Origin: Okamejei kenojei
Lineage: Eukaryota
Length of the DNA: 64,000 bases
Direction of reading: 5' to 3'
Assembly: GCA_035221665.1 (NCBI GenBank)
Contig: CM069157.1
Span: 6,386,001 to 6,450,000, forward strand
Positions 42,349-54,866 of the stretch are shown here, one piece after another; positions within the stretch are counted from its first letter, which is position 1, and the number at the start of each line of letters is the position of its first letter. Position numbers and translations under genes: made by a program. The notes below the pieces were generated by a model. That model saw only the letters and a list, made by a program, of their open reading frames with translations, was not told the DNA's origin and ran no database searches.

Positions 42349-42383
42349 GGGTGACGTTTCGGGTCGAAACCCTTCATCAGACT
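42349..42383 (-). ncRNA. Minimal type-I hammerhead ribozyme motif in a Penelope-derived repeat
   Basis: agu-CUGAUGA-A-GGGU(UUCG)ACCC-GAAA-CG-UC-acc: complete catalytic core, UUCG-capped stem II and a palindromic ACGU in place of stem III. Confidence 0.65.
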
Positions 42384-44701
42384 GCTATGTGGTTACAAGG
42401 TTGGAAGAGTTTACAGAGATGGATACAAGAGGAAGACAGAAGGATCTGGTGAGAATTTTACGTGAGAAGCACAGAAGAGCCAAAGGCAACAGAGGCTGGC
42501 AAGGCTTTAAGTACAAAGGAGAGCATGAGGGGCCAGACAAAGGAAGTGGAGTTTCTTTGCTAGCTTACAAACTACGATAGACAGAAGGGCATCCAGGGGA
42601 AACTGGAATAGTCAAGTTCGAATGTTGTGTAAAGCACTCACCCAGTCACATTTTCCTGCCTGCTCCCAAGCCCTTTCCATTTCTTTATCAAACGCCGAGA
42701 TTAAATAGTATTCTTAAATATTATTACAATATACAAGTTACATGAATTACTACTGGCACAGGAATTACACTGATGAATGGATGTTCCAGCCTTTTCAAAG
42801 AGGCAAAGAAATATTGCCACAGGTCACTGCGGCTTTAAGAATAACACCCATACAATAATAGTTAAGATGAAGCAAGACCCAAGAACCGTTCTCCATTCTG
42901 GTTTAACAGCTACAGATAATAACGCTGCTCTGTACCCACTCAGAATTAAATATTACAGTGCTGAATTGCATTTTTTGGACAGGCCAAGAAAAATTCATCA
43001 GCCCTAAAAGTGAAGTTATAAATGACTGCTCTCAAATAAGAATTGTTCCATCAGCAATTGAAGGTACATCATGCACATTATTTCAACATACAATCTCCAA
43101 CGCGCTGATCTCCCAAAATATTTTGCAATATTCTTTTTGAATGCTTGCCATGGATAATAGGTTTCAACTACATTATAATAAGGTCGACTTGCAGTGGCCC
43201 AATTATCTGGAAATATGTTGCAATACTTTGTGTATAAATGCACGGCTTAGTGACATTAATCCTCTAAATCAAAACCCATAGCCACTAACTTTCCAAAAAG
43301 TTGAATGCAATTAAACCAAGTTCATACAAAAAAAAATCTGGACAGATTCAACCATAAGCAAAACATATCCGCAAATTTCATTTGTATTTGGACACTCTGC
43401 CCCTCCCTCCCTCTGGAAGCATCAACACCTGCTCATTGCAGTCCCCAGAGGACCAGAAGTCTCATGATACCTTACCCAGCAGACAAGTGGGCATGCATAA
43501 ATTTAGACTGTATTGTCAGATAGGAGACAGTGAAGCCCAACCCCACCTCTTGAATTCCGGGCTGTTATATCTCTTGCATTACCACTGCAAATCAAAACAA
43601 ATGTACGACCGATTACACATTGTGGTTAATTCACAGCAAAGCCTACTATTAGAATTCTTCACTCATGGATTTCACTTTGAAGCTCCTCATGCTGCAATTT
43701 CTTTTGTCCAAGGACGCAGAATTGACAATTAAAAACTTCCTAAACAACTGGCTGGTAAAGGCAGCATTCGGCATAGTACCAAACCATAGAACAAAGGATT
43801 CCATTTTAGTTTCATGTCTGTGCTTGTTCGGATCACAGCTGATCACAAGTATGCTTTGAAAATACCAATTCTAATTACAATCCTTCAGTAATACTGTAAA
43901 GAGCATATCTACAACCATCAGATCGGGATTGGATTCCTTTCTGCCTCTTTACTCAGCAACAAATTAGTACTGGCCACTAAGGCTACAAATGAAGTTCACC
44001 ATTGCAATGTAGCCCATTGATCGCATAAATGTGTACTGTGGAGGAGAAAAACTAATTGCTAATAAAGGAAATATTTCCTTGATACTTTTCTAATTGTCTT
44101 CAATGTTATCCAAACCAATTATTCATTATACTTCAGAATGTATATCAATAAACCAAGCAGCTATCTGAAAAATTAACTCCTTTCCCCCTTCACAAATGCT
44201 GCATTATGTCTCATACTGTATGCACATGGTTTGACAAAAGGACCACCATTTCAGTGCAGCTTTAAGCAATGGCTCCCCATGTTTATAGAGAATATTTGTG
44301 ATCTTAACATAACAGATCTGAAACTAAAATGCAGTCCTATGGAACTATGAGAACCCGTCAGTTGGTTGGGGAGATTTTAAAATTTCCCTAATGTAGTCCA
44401 AGGTGCTTAAAAGCTCAAATTAGCCCACGCATTCCTTCCTGCAGCAAATATGGGCTGCACTGTGGCACATCTGGTAGAGCTGCTGCCTCACAACACCAGA
44501 GACCCGGACTCAATCCTGACCGCGGGTGCTGTCTGTGTGGGGTTTGCATGTTCTCCCTGTGACCACATGAGTTTCCTCCAGGTGCTCTGGTTTTCTCGCA
44601 GATCCAGCCCGTAACCGGAAATCATCCAGCCTGCAGGCGTTTTTTTTTTCCAATTCGTTTTCACGACCTGGCAACTGTAGCCAGTCCTGGGGATGCGAGC
44701 T

Positions 44702-47264
44702 CAGGGCTCGAAATTAACGGTTGCCTGGGGGCCAGTGGCCATTTAATGTCCCACCGGGCAACCTAAAAGCCGTGCCATTTTGCCCGGCTTGGCAAGCACC
44801 TGGGACGCCTGCTATTCAACTCTGAGCGGGACCCCTCTCTCTCTCTCTCACGCTCCATCTCCGCCCGCCATCCGTGTCCGGGCCGCCGGTATCCGGCCGG
44901 CCGGCTTGCACATGCGCACAACCACGGCCAGCACATCATCGGCCGCCCTGCACATGTGCACTGTCACGGGAATTGGTCGGCGCAGGGCACTTTCTCCCTC
45001 CCTTTGCACCGTGGGAGATCTGGCCGCCATTGCTATCCGGTCGCTGCCTTGCCGCGACCGCTGAAAACCTACGCAGAATCACTCCCTGGAGCTGGAGTAA
45101 CTCTTACTTCTTGGATTCCTGGTCCTCCAAAAATATTCTAAATGGAATTTAAACTGGAGGTGTTGGAGGGGCCACCATCAAACTCTGAACAATAACAGCC
45201 TATTGCACTTTATCTGTTTATTTATTGTGTATATATGGTCTATGGTATATAGACACACTGAACTTTTTATTTCCTGTTTGTATTATGTTTACATATTCTG
45301 TTGTGCTGCAGCAAGCAAGAATTTCATTGTCCTATCTGGGACACGTGACAATAAAACTCTCTTGACTTGGACTTCAGCAAAAAAGGGTTCTTGGGAAAAA
45401 AGAGCTACCTTAAATTTAGTTGCGCTGGTCGGGTAACTATGGTAGGGTGAAGACTATTCCATACTTTATTTGTGCGGGGGGACTCCATGGAGCAGCCAGC
45501 ATCGCTGGATAGAAGAGGTTGGGTGATGTTTCGGGTAGACCCTTCTTTAGACCCCTTCTGGTTTTAGTGTTTTTAGTTTAATTTAAAGATACAGCATGGA
45601 AACAGGCCCTTTGGCCCACCGGGTCCATGGCCGACCACCCGTACACTAGTTCTATCCCACACATTAGCAACGCAAGTCAAGAGTGTTTTATTCTCTCGTG
45701 TCCCAGTTAGAACAATGAAATCCATACTTGCAGCAGCACAACAGAATATGTAAACATAGTACTCTGTAAACAATGTTAATAAATGAGAAAACAAAAGTGT
45801 ATATTTATATATGAACATATAACGTGTGTGTGGCTGTGTGTGCGCGCGCGCGCGCGCGCATGCGTTCAAGATTGACACAAAAAAAGCTGGAGTGACTTAA
45901 CAGGTCAGACAGAATGCCTGGACAAAAGGGAAATATTTAAGTTTTGGGTTGCGTCTGAAAAGGTTCCTGCACACCTTTGGAATGTGGAAAGAAACAAGAG
46001 CACCCAGAGAAAACCCATGCAATCAAAGGGAAAAGGAGCAAACTCCATACAGACAGCACCCATATTCAGGATCAATTCCGGGTCTCTGGCACTTTTAGGC
46101 AGCAACTTTATGGCCAATGTACTGCCCCCTAGCCTTGAACGGAATTAAAACATTCAGTAGCTGTAAAGGGGGGCAGAGCGTGACTTAATTTAAAGATTGA
46201 AAATGGATAGTTTATTTTTTTTTAGTAACAAAAGAAATCAACGTATAATTTTGTGTGTGTTGGAAAACAAAATATAGTGGCACAGCTGGTGGACTTGCTG
46301 CCTCACACGCCAGAGATCCTGCCCTCGGGCACTGTTTGTGTTGAATTTGCACATTCTCCCTGCAAGCGTGTGGGTTTCCTCCCACATCCCAAAGAAGCAT
46401 TGGCTCTGTAGGTTAACTTGACTCTGTAAAATTGCCCCTTATGCGTAGGGAGCGGGTGAGGTAAGTGGGATAACAGAACTTGTGTGAATGGGTGGTAGAC
46501 AAAAAAGCTGGAGAAAATCAGCGGGTGGGGCAACATCTATGGAGTGAATGAATAGGCTATGTTTTGGGTCGAGACCCTTCTTCAGACTGATGTCCAGTGG
46601 TGGGGGAAAAAGGAAGGAAGAGGCGGAGGCAGTAGGCTGTGGGAGAGCTGGGAATGGCAGGGGAAGGAGGGAGAAAGCAAGGACTACCTGAAATTGGAGA
46701 AGTCAATGTTCATACCGCTGGGTGTAAACTACCCAAGTGAAATATGAAGTGCTGTTCCGCCAATTTGCGGTGGGCCTCACTCACTCTGGCCATGGAGAAG
46801 GCCCAGGACAGAAAGGTCGGATTCGGAATGGGAGGGGAGTTGAAGTGCTGAGCCACCTGGAGATCAAGTTGGATATTGTGAACTGAATGGAGGTGTTGTG
46901 TGAAGCGATCGCCAAGCCTGCGCTTGGTCTCACACATTTTTGTTTGGAAGTGGAAATAATGAAAATTGCATTAATGGCAACGTGTAAAAATTGAGATACT
47001 GTATTATAATTTTACTGCATGTCGTTGTGGTATATATCATGTCTTGATTGGTGAATATGTTTAGTTTGTGACTTTATTTGAAGCAGAAATAATATGTGAA
47101 TGCTTCATTGAGCATAATTCAGACTGGCATTTCGTCTGAGCACATTATCGCACGCGTCATGCAAACCGTCTTAAATGACCTCCTAAACTGTCATTTGGCA
47201 ACCTAAAATCCTGCCTAGGTTGCCTGGCTGGAAACAGAGGAAAAAAAGTTAAGTGAGAGCCCTG
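44702..47264. mobile_element. hAT-like non-autonomous element carrying nested SINE, LINE and Penelope insertions
   Basis: Imperfect TIRs CAGGGCTCGAAATTAAC / GTTAAGTGAGAGCCCTG with sub-terminal ggcaacctaaaa motifs at both ends; no clear TSD. Confidence 0.6.
46497..46937 (-). mobile_element. Penelope-like element 3' fragment (GIY-YIG endonuclease tail plus pLTR)
   Basis: ETKRRLGDRF..HL.SV...VAQHFNS...EAHRKL.EQH.IF.LGSLHP is the GIY-YIG C-terminal signature, followed by the ctgaagaagggtctcgaccc repeat found throughout the window. Confidence 0.85.
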
Positions 47265-47267
47265 GAA

Positions 47268-47395
47268 CTGATCTGGGAACTGCAGCTAGTCCCGGGGCAC
47301 GCAGACGACTTGGGTGCTACAGCCAGTCCCGGGACATGCAGGCGATCTGGGCACTACAGCCAGTCCCGGGGCACACGAGGGACCTGGGAACTGCT
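47268..47395. repeat. About 36-bp minisatellite (gatctgggcactacagccagtcccggggcacgcaggc-like) of an outer DNA element
   Basis: Three to four degenerate copies plus one at 44664-44700. The whole is bracketed by the inverted repeat CAATTCGTTTTCA (44651) / TGAAAACGAATTG (47395). Confidence 0.65.
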
Positions 47396-48249
47396 GAAAA
47401 CGAATTGAAAAACAGGTGAAAACTAATGCAAAAAACAACATGTCACACTATGGCGATCCGCCATCCGCTCACAGACTGCTATGCAGAACAAGGTTGCCAA
47501 CCCCTGGTGTAGAGGGTGAATATTAAAGTGGATAAAATTGAACTAGTGTGAATGGATGCGATGGTCAGCATGGACTCAGTTGGCCAAAGGCCTGCTTCCA
47601 TGTTGTACCTCTCTACGCTTCCAGTTCAATCATTGCTTCACAGTTAAAACTATTTTTGTGCTCCCACAGCTCAAATAAATCTTGAGAATGGTCCTTATGC
47701 AGTTTACAGGGCAGCTAAAAGAATGCATATTGACTGCTCCATTTGAGTTTCCTGTCCAATTTATAGCACATTCTGAAATAGGTATTAAAATAGACATGTT
47801 CTTATTAACTGGTCTGTTCTTGACTCATTGTTTCTGGACACTGGCTGTGATGAACAGAAACATATGCAGTAAAGACACTGAACAAAATGGTACATTCACA
47901 AATTGGAAGGTGCCAAAAAATAAATCAAACTTTCAGTTACTGTTATGAGACATTAATCTTGTACATTCCCAACAGTATTATTCACAGTCCCAGTAGCCAC
48001 ACACCTATTCCAGTGTGAAATAATATTTTTGCATTATTATATTTGTGGAAAAAACTAGTGCCCCCTGCAGATAGTTTAGTTAATGGCAACCAAACCAAAA
48101 TAACCAAAATGTCACTACTAGTGATCAAATGATTTATATTTAATTAGCTGATTTCAAGTAGAATGGCACGAGGGAAAACCCAAATTAACCCCAATGAGCT
48201 CATGTGCATAGTCTTTAATTTGCTCTTGGCCAGAGGGCAACGACAAGTA

Positions 48250-49877
48250 CAGTCCCCTCCATAATGTTTGGGACAAAGACCCGTCATTTATTTATTTGCA
48301 TCTGTACTCCACAATTTGAGATTTGTAATTGGAAAAAAAAAATCACATGTGGTTAAAGTGCACATTGCCCGATTTTAATAAAGGTCATTTATATAATTTT
48401 AGTTTCACCATGAAATTACAGCAGTGTTTATACATAGTCCCCACAATTCAGGGCACCACAATGTTTGTGACACATGGCTTGCTTTACAGGCGTTTGAAAT
48501 TGCTCAGGTGTGTTTAATTGCCTCCTTAATGCAGGTATAAGAGAGCTCTCAGCACCTAGTCTTTCCTCCAGTCTTTCATCACCTTTGGAAGCTTTTATTG
48601 ATGTTTATCAACATGAGGGACAAAGTTGTGCCAATGAAAGTCAAAGAAGCGATTATGAGACCGAGAAACAAGAATAAAACTTAAGAGACATCAGTCAAAC
48701 CTTGGGTGTACCAAAATCAACTGTTTGGAACATCATTAAGAAGAAAGAGAGCACTGGTGAGCTTACTAATTGCAAAGGGACTGGCATGCCAAGGAAGACC
48801 TCCACAGTTGATGACTAAAGAATTATCTCTATAATAAAGAAAAATCTCCAAACACCTGTCCGACAGATTAGAAACACTCTTCGGGAGTTAGGTATTAATT
48901 TGTCAATGACCACTGTCCACAGAAGAATTCATGAACAGAAATAGAGAGGCTACACTGCAAGGTGCAAACCACTGGTTAGCTGCAAAAATAAGATGGCCAG
49001 GTTAGTTTGCCAAGAAGTACTTAAAAGAGCAAATACAGTTCAGGAAAAGGGATTTGTGGACAGACAATACAGAAATTAACTTATGTCAGAGTGATGGCAA
49101 GAACACAGTATGGAGGAGAGAAAGAACTGCCCAAGATCCAAAGCATTTCACCGCATCTGTGAAGGTGGTGTTATAGGCTGGGCATGAATGGCTGCTGAAG
49201 GTACTGGCTCACTTATCTTAATTGATGATACAACTGCTGATGGTAGTAACATAACAAATTCTGAAGTGTATAGACACATCCTATCTGCTCAAGTTCAAAC
49301 AAATGCCTCAAAAATGATTGGCCGGAAGTTTATTCTACAGCAAGACAATGATCCCAAACATACTGCTAAAGCAACAAAGAAGTTTTTCAAAGCTAAAAAT
49401 AGTCAATTCTTGAGTGGCCAACACCATCACCCAATCTGAACCAAATTGAGCATGACTTTTATATGCTGAAGAGAAAACTGAGGGGGACGAGCCCCCAAAA
49501 CAAGCATATGGTAAAGATGGCTGCAATACAGGCCCGGCAGAGAGCACCACCAGAGAAGACACCCAGCAACTGGTGATGTCCATGAATCGCAGACTTCAAA
49601 CAGTTCTTGCATGCAAAACATACACAACAAAATACTAAACATGACTACTTTCATTTACATGACATTGCTCTGTCCCAACATTATGATGCCCTGAAATTGG
49701 GGGGGGGGGGGCTTATGTATAAACACTGCTGTAACTTCTACATGGTTTTTATTTAAAATCTGACAATGTGCACTTTAACCACATATGATTTTTTTCTATT
49801 ACAAATCTTAAATTGTGGAGTACAGAGGCAAATAAATAAATGATGGGTCTTTGTCCCAGATATTATGGAGGGCACTG
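48250..49877 (+). mobile_element. Tc1/mariner DNA transposon, same family as 1515-3112, decayed
   Basis: TA-CAGT...ACTG-TA termini with the same long TIRs; transposase remnants (ILQQDNDPKHTAK) broken by stops and frameshifts. Confidence 0.95.
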
Positions 49878-51289
49878 TATTCATTACCAATCAGCAATAT
49901 CGATGGAGATGTACTGTTTGCCTTCTGTTTTGAGCCTCTTCAGCCTTTATGTAGACAATGGTTCAAGGAACAAGATTTCAAATAGAGAGATGGGAGGAAT
50001 GCAATAATTTTACTTCTGTCCAATATAGTGAATCCTGCTGCATACTGTGCACAGAGAGAATTCTGAATTGACTTGTCAAAGAATAACCAACATCCAGTGC
50101 CACACATCAATTGTTCCTGTGCTCTGTAAATATATCACTTGAAATACAAACAATGATACTTTTCAAGATGCTTAATTAGACAGCAGCTATTTGCACACCC
50201 GGTCAAATTAAAAGGTGACAAATGAAGAAATGACTGGCTTAGTTACTACAGCGCTTTGTTTCAGACCACATTCAAGTTCTCTTTTGATATTTAAAAAAAA
50301 TAGTTGAGGATATATTTTGGCCTGCATTCCAAACTGTCCAAATGCTCAGCTGATATTTAACATCAAAATGAATCCTTGATTAACACAATTCCTGAAAAAT
50401 TGTGTGCAGAAGGCAGCTGTATTTCTTTAGCATTCCATCAAACCATCTTGAAATGCTTTTATACATTTGGAAGTACAGTGTAAGTTTTGGTTTCTGTTGT
50501 TGGAAGCAGGTCCTGGCCTGGGACCTGTCAAAGGTCCGGTCACCATATAAAATGGAAAATGTGGAAATGAATGGTTATAAGATCAAGAAAAGCACCAGAA
50601 ATCTATAAAGCAGAAAAGGCAAAAACAGGCCCGTTAAAGTGGAGTGACTTGAACAAGATTTTTACAATTGCAATGGAGGAATGTGTTTCATTTGTGGAGT
50701 CCCTCAAAAGAAGCATACGATAATCATTAGGTTCAGTAGAATTATTGACAATTACTTCAACCGAAGGGATTTGAAACACTACCATAAGGAGCAGATAAAA
50801 CAAATAGTATAGATGCATTTTATGCAATGGTATCCAAAAGAAAGGTATAAAGTGTAATCATAAGGAGAGGCAAGGAGAACTTGAATGGGGTCTGAAGCAA
50901 AGCGCTGGAGTGACTAAGCCAGTCAGGCAGCATTTTTGAAGGACATGGGTTGATAACGTTTTGAGTCAGTACCGTTCTTCAGTCCCAAAACATCAGCTAT
51001 TCATGTCCTCCAGAAACGCTGCCCGATGCAATGATTTACAAAGATTCCAGCATCTGCAGTTCTTTGTGCTTCTCTTGAATATTGTCTACCTTTGCATTGA
51101 AAATATTGCAAATCTGGAGTGCGGTTTGAACTTTGATTCAAGAGATCAAAATCTTTAATGTCATACAACTATCAAGCTCTGCTTTGTATATGCGATTGAG
51201 TACAGTAAACAAGTCTAGGTTTAAGTTCTAAAGAGAGTATTAAGGTGGGTCAATTGGAAAACCAAGGCCCACCAAGTAAAGCCACTGAC

Positions 51290-51799
51290 CTGGTGATGTT
51301 CAACATGGATGCTGTCTCCTGTGGGCCAGCGGTGCTTCCCATTGTAACCGCCGCCGCCTCCTCCTCCACCTCCACCGCCACTACCACCACCCCCTGCCAC
51401 TCCACTGCCTGCGCCTCCTCCCAGGTGCTCTCCGGGCTGCCGCTGGAAGAAGTAATCCACCATGGCATCGTCCTGCGAGCGGCCCGCGGCCAGCGCCAGG
51501 GCTGGCACCACCACCGGCACTGGAGGCCCCATCGAGCCCGGGCCTTGCGTGGAGACCGAGGCGGCGGCGGCGGCTGCTGCGGCGGCGGCGGCTGCGGCCA
51601 GCGCCTGGGAGGCGGCGTGCTGCTGCTGCTGCTGCTGCTGTTGCTGGGGGCCGGCGGAGGAGGGTCCAGTTAGCACCACGGGCATGTTGTGGTTGTGGTT
51701 GTGATTGTGAACGACGCTGTTGCCGAGTGTGTCCTGAGGAGGGGGTGGCGGCTGATACGGCTGCTGGGGGAGGGAGTCCTGCCAGAGCACTTCATTCAT
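51290..51799 (-). CDS. PUM1: PUM1 exon 2 coding part (170 codons; exon begins at acceptor 51833)
   Basis: Translates VLWQDS...MPVVLT...[17 protein letters not shown]...[16 protein letters not shown], the PUM1 N-terminus. Acceptor ttttgcag|gac at 51833; donor CAG|gtcagt at 51290 (phase 0). Confidence 0.95.
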
Positions 51800-53874
51800 A
51801 CCTTAAAAACACAGGGAACCATCCCACCTAGTCCTGCAAAAAACACAAAAGTAAACCACAACTTTACACAAAGTGCACCATTTGCAAAGCTGCAACATTT
51901 CTGCTTTCAAGTCAATTTCAATTTAAAACTCTGACTTTTGCTCTCAAGTTTTAGATGCACAAAACTGCTTTCACTGAAAATGAGCTTTATGCTACATACA
52001 TGGTGATGCTTTTTTAAAAAAAAAATACAAAGGAGAGGCGCCTCCCCCTCCCCTTTCTGGAAAATAATACGTGAATATTGCACGTTCACGCCCACTAGCT
52101 TCGAGATATTAAAAATCAACTTGTGTAAATCAACAAATGTAAGGCTGCACTGAACGGGGAGAATCTACTTAAGCATGGCTTTGAACAGCACGTGAATCCC
52201 CCCAAACACCATGTGTTTCGAGGTGGTTTCACAACGCAAAATAATGGAAAGAGAAGAAAAAAAAATCAGCGACGGATAAAATCTTGAGGAGATGCCAGGA
52301 AAAATGCTACAACTTGAAAATATAATTTCATCCGTGGTATTTTTACCCCGATTTTTAAAAAATATGTATAAACGCTAATTCCAGATACCAACACATATTT
52401 CAAGATACAGCAATGATATTTGACAAGCAATGAGCACACAACACCCCCCCCCCCCCCCTCTCTCTCTCCCTCCTCCTCCCCTCGTGTGCTTTGGTACTGC
52501 AGAATATGGAATCAACAAAGAAATAGGCCTAGCTTTGAAAACATGCACTGTGTATTAAAAGCACTGGGCGGGGATATTTTGTCCCCATTAAAAATTCTAA
52601 ACCTTCCCAATTGTATTTATTTTTACAGAATTAAAAATGTATATATTAAATGACTGCATGGCAAATGAGCTCGTAACTTCACATTAATATCCTTGTATCA
52701 GTATATAGTAATATACATTCTAAAACTGGCTAGATGTTGGACAGCAGTTCAAGTACAAGCTCCCTTGATTCCTAATTCCTGTTAATTCATATGCACATCA
52801 ACTGTGTTGTTTTTACATGCAACATTAAAAGAGGAACATGAATAAAACATTAAAAATTAAAAATAAAAAAAATACGTTATGGAACTATCACTAATTTACC
52901 AAATACATGCACTTCTTAGATCTTTCAACAAACCACAGTTGCAGCAAATATTTGTTTTGTACAATTACAATGAGGTGTGATTACTCAATAGATTTTTAAA
53001 ATGTTAACTTTGTGAACAACATCCATTGCCTTCAGCTGAATCAAAAGCCACTTCGAATGGGCACAATTCAACATATGGTTTGAAACAAACATTTTCAAAC
53101 TGATTACTAAAACTGTAAATTATATAACCATTCAAGATAGGAAAGATTACATTTGCCACTAAACAAAATTTAGTTCATGGAAAGCTACAGTTGGGACATA
53201 TGTAGAAAACATACAACTTTCCTAATTACAGGCCCACTGCAAGAATGTTGGGAAATCCCAATATTTCAATTTTAGGCAATGTCAGATATTTTCAAGATGA
53301 AATACTGAACCCAGCTGAATCCGAACACAAACAAGCTTTCGTGATTAATAATATTTCTACCAACTTTAAAATATAGACAGAATCTGAAACAGTTCTTTTA
53401 TTTTCTTCCCTTGCTGAACCACTTTCCACAAATTATCCAGTAACCAAATGCCACATCCCACAAAGGAAAGATTATTTGTACTAAGAATGTACTAAATGGC
53501 AACATTTTTTTTCCCTGTAAAGGTTTTTTTTTGTTGTTTTTGCATAACTGCAATGCCTCCACATTGAAACACATTTCACAACCATTTTATTCAAATCTGC
53601 ATTACAGCCTTTTTAAAAAAGTAAACAAATATTGCAAATACTACAATTATGAAAACAAGTCCAATATTTCATGCATTGAAACCAGCTTTCCTTCCCCATT
53701 GTAAAAAAAAAGCCTCGTTTCCTGAAATAATTGAGAGGAGCAAATTTTCACAAACTTTAACCATCTGGCTTTGTGCAGGGGGTTTGGACGGGGCCTTAAA
53801 ATGTACCCCCTTTTTGCCCCCACATAAATATGCCCTTTGGTATTTCTACTGCTGCTGCCCCTTCCCCTCAGGAA

Positions 53875-53947
53875 CACACAGAGCCACAGAGAGACAGAGA
53901 GACAGAGACACAGAGACAGACAGAGACACACACACACACACACACAC
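53875..53947. repeat. Compound (GA/GACA)n-(CA)n microsatellite in intron 1
   Basis: Directly visible simple repeat. Confidence 0.9.
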
Positions 53948-53954
53948 TACAACA

Positions 53955-54245
53955 ATGGCCCCCGAGCCCAAAATACTGGGCAGAAAGGGGCGCTGGAGGA
54001 AAAGTAATCGCGCAAATTCTCCCCCTCCGCGGCCACGCCGCCACACAATATCGGGCTCCTCGGGTGGCTGGGTGTCCGGGGTGTCGACTGGTGGGGTCAG
54101 GGTGGGATACTCACAGGCAGAGCGGGGAGATTGCAGCGGATTGCGGCCCCTCTCGATCTTCCTTCTTCACAACATGGCGCTACACTGGGACACTCGAGCG
54201 CAAAGCGTGCTGGGAGAGGGCGGCCTCCCTCCCCCACTCAGCCTT
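53955..54245 (-). promoter_or_regulatory. CpG island / PUM1 promoter with YY1-type motif (CAACATGGCG, 54170-54179)
   Basis: GC- and CpG-rich patch in an AT-rich background, surrounding exon 1. AAnATGGCG is the YY1 consensus typical of TSS-proximal positions. Confidence 0.6.
54115..54190 (-). other. PUM1: PUM1 non-coding exon 1 (5' boundary approximate)
   Basis: Minus strand reads gcgccatgttgtgaag...ccgctctgcct|GTGAGT (consensus donor at 54114). Lies in a CpG-rich island and resembles the human PUM1 first exon as recalled (GCCGCCATGTTGT...CCGCTCCGCCC). Confidence 0.75.
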
Positions 54246-54482
54246 TGTTTTACTTGAAGCTCCAACTTGCAGTCTCTTAGAAACAGGTGACAGCATCCCT
54301 CCCAAACCTTCTCCTTCCAATACCTTCACATCCATACTTTTTAATGTGGCTCATTACTGCAAAGAGGCTGAGTGTATTTTTATCTTAAAGAGTGTGCAGT
54401 GGTAAATTTGCATCCAAATGCCTCGCTTTAAGACATGTCAATTCCATCCTTAAGAGCACAAATTAGGCCTAATTTTTCATGT

Positions 54483-54866
54483 GTAGACACAAAATGCTTG
54501 GGTACCAGAAGAAAAATTAGTAGGAAGGAACCAAAGATCCTATAGCGCAGCGCTCCACTATAGGATCTTTGGAAGGAACTGCAGATGCTGGTTTAGCCCG
54601 AAGGTAGACACAAAATGCTTGGGTACCCGAAGAAAAATTAGTAGGAAGGAACCAAAGATCCTATAGCGGAGTGCTCCACTATAGGATCTTTGGAAGGAAC
54701 TGCAGATGCTGGTTTAGCCCGAAGGTAGACACAAAATGCTTGGGTACCCGAAGAAAAATTAGTAGGAAGGAACCAAAGATCCTATAGCGGAGCGCTCCAC
54801 TATAGGATCTTTGGAAGGAACTGCAGATGCTGGTTTAGCCCGAAGGTAGACACAAAATGCTTGGGT
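54483..54866. repeat. 121-bp tandem repeat, about 3.2 copies, each containing a 40-bp hairpin micro-MITE
   Basis: gtagacacaaaatgcttgggta recurs at 54483, 54604, 54725 and 54846; units are nearly identical. Confidence 0.92.
54532..54571. mobile_element. 40-bp hAT-like micro-MITE (14-bp TIR CAAAGATCCTATAG, 8-bp TSD GAAGGAAC)
   Basis: GAAGGAAC at 54524-54531 and 54572-54579 flanks caaagatcctatag-N12-ctataggatctttg. The empty-site sequence is seen in the inverted arm near 55045-55060. Confidence 0.8.

Noticed and set aside
51245-51934. Plus-strand ORFs overlapping exon 2 (poly-Cys/Leu/Ala)
   Set aside because: Antisense shadows of the GC-rich triplet repeats in PUM1.
53647-54405. 190-200 aa ORFs over the promoter
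   Set aside because: Products of the microsatellite and CpG island's low stop-codon density; no protein features.
54483-54866. CRISPR-like array of palindromic repeats
   Set aside because: The intervening sequences are identical rather than unique spacers, the context is eukaryotic and there are no cas genes; it is a tandem duplication.
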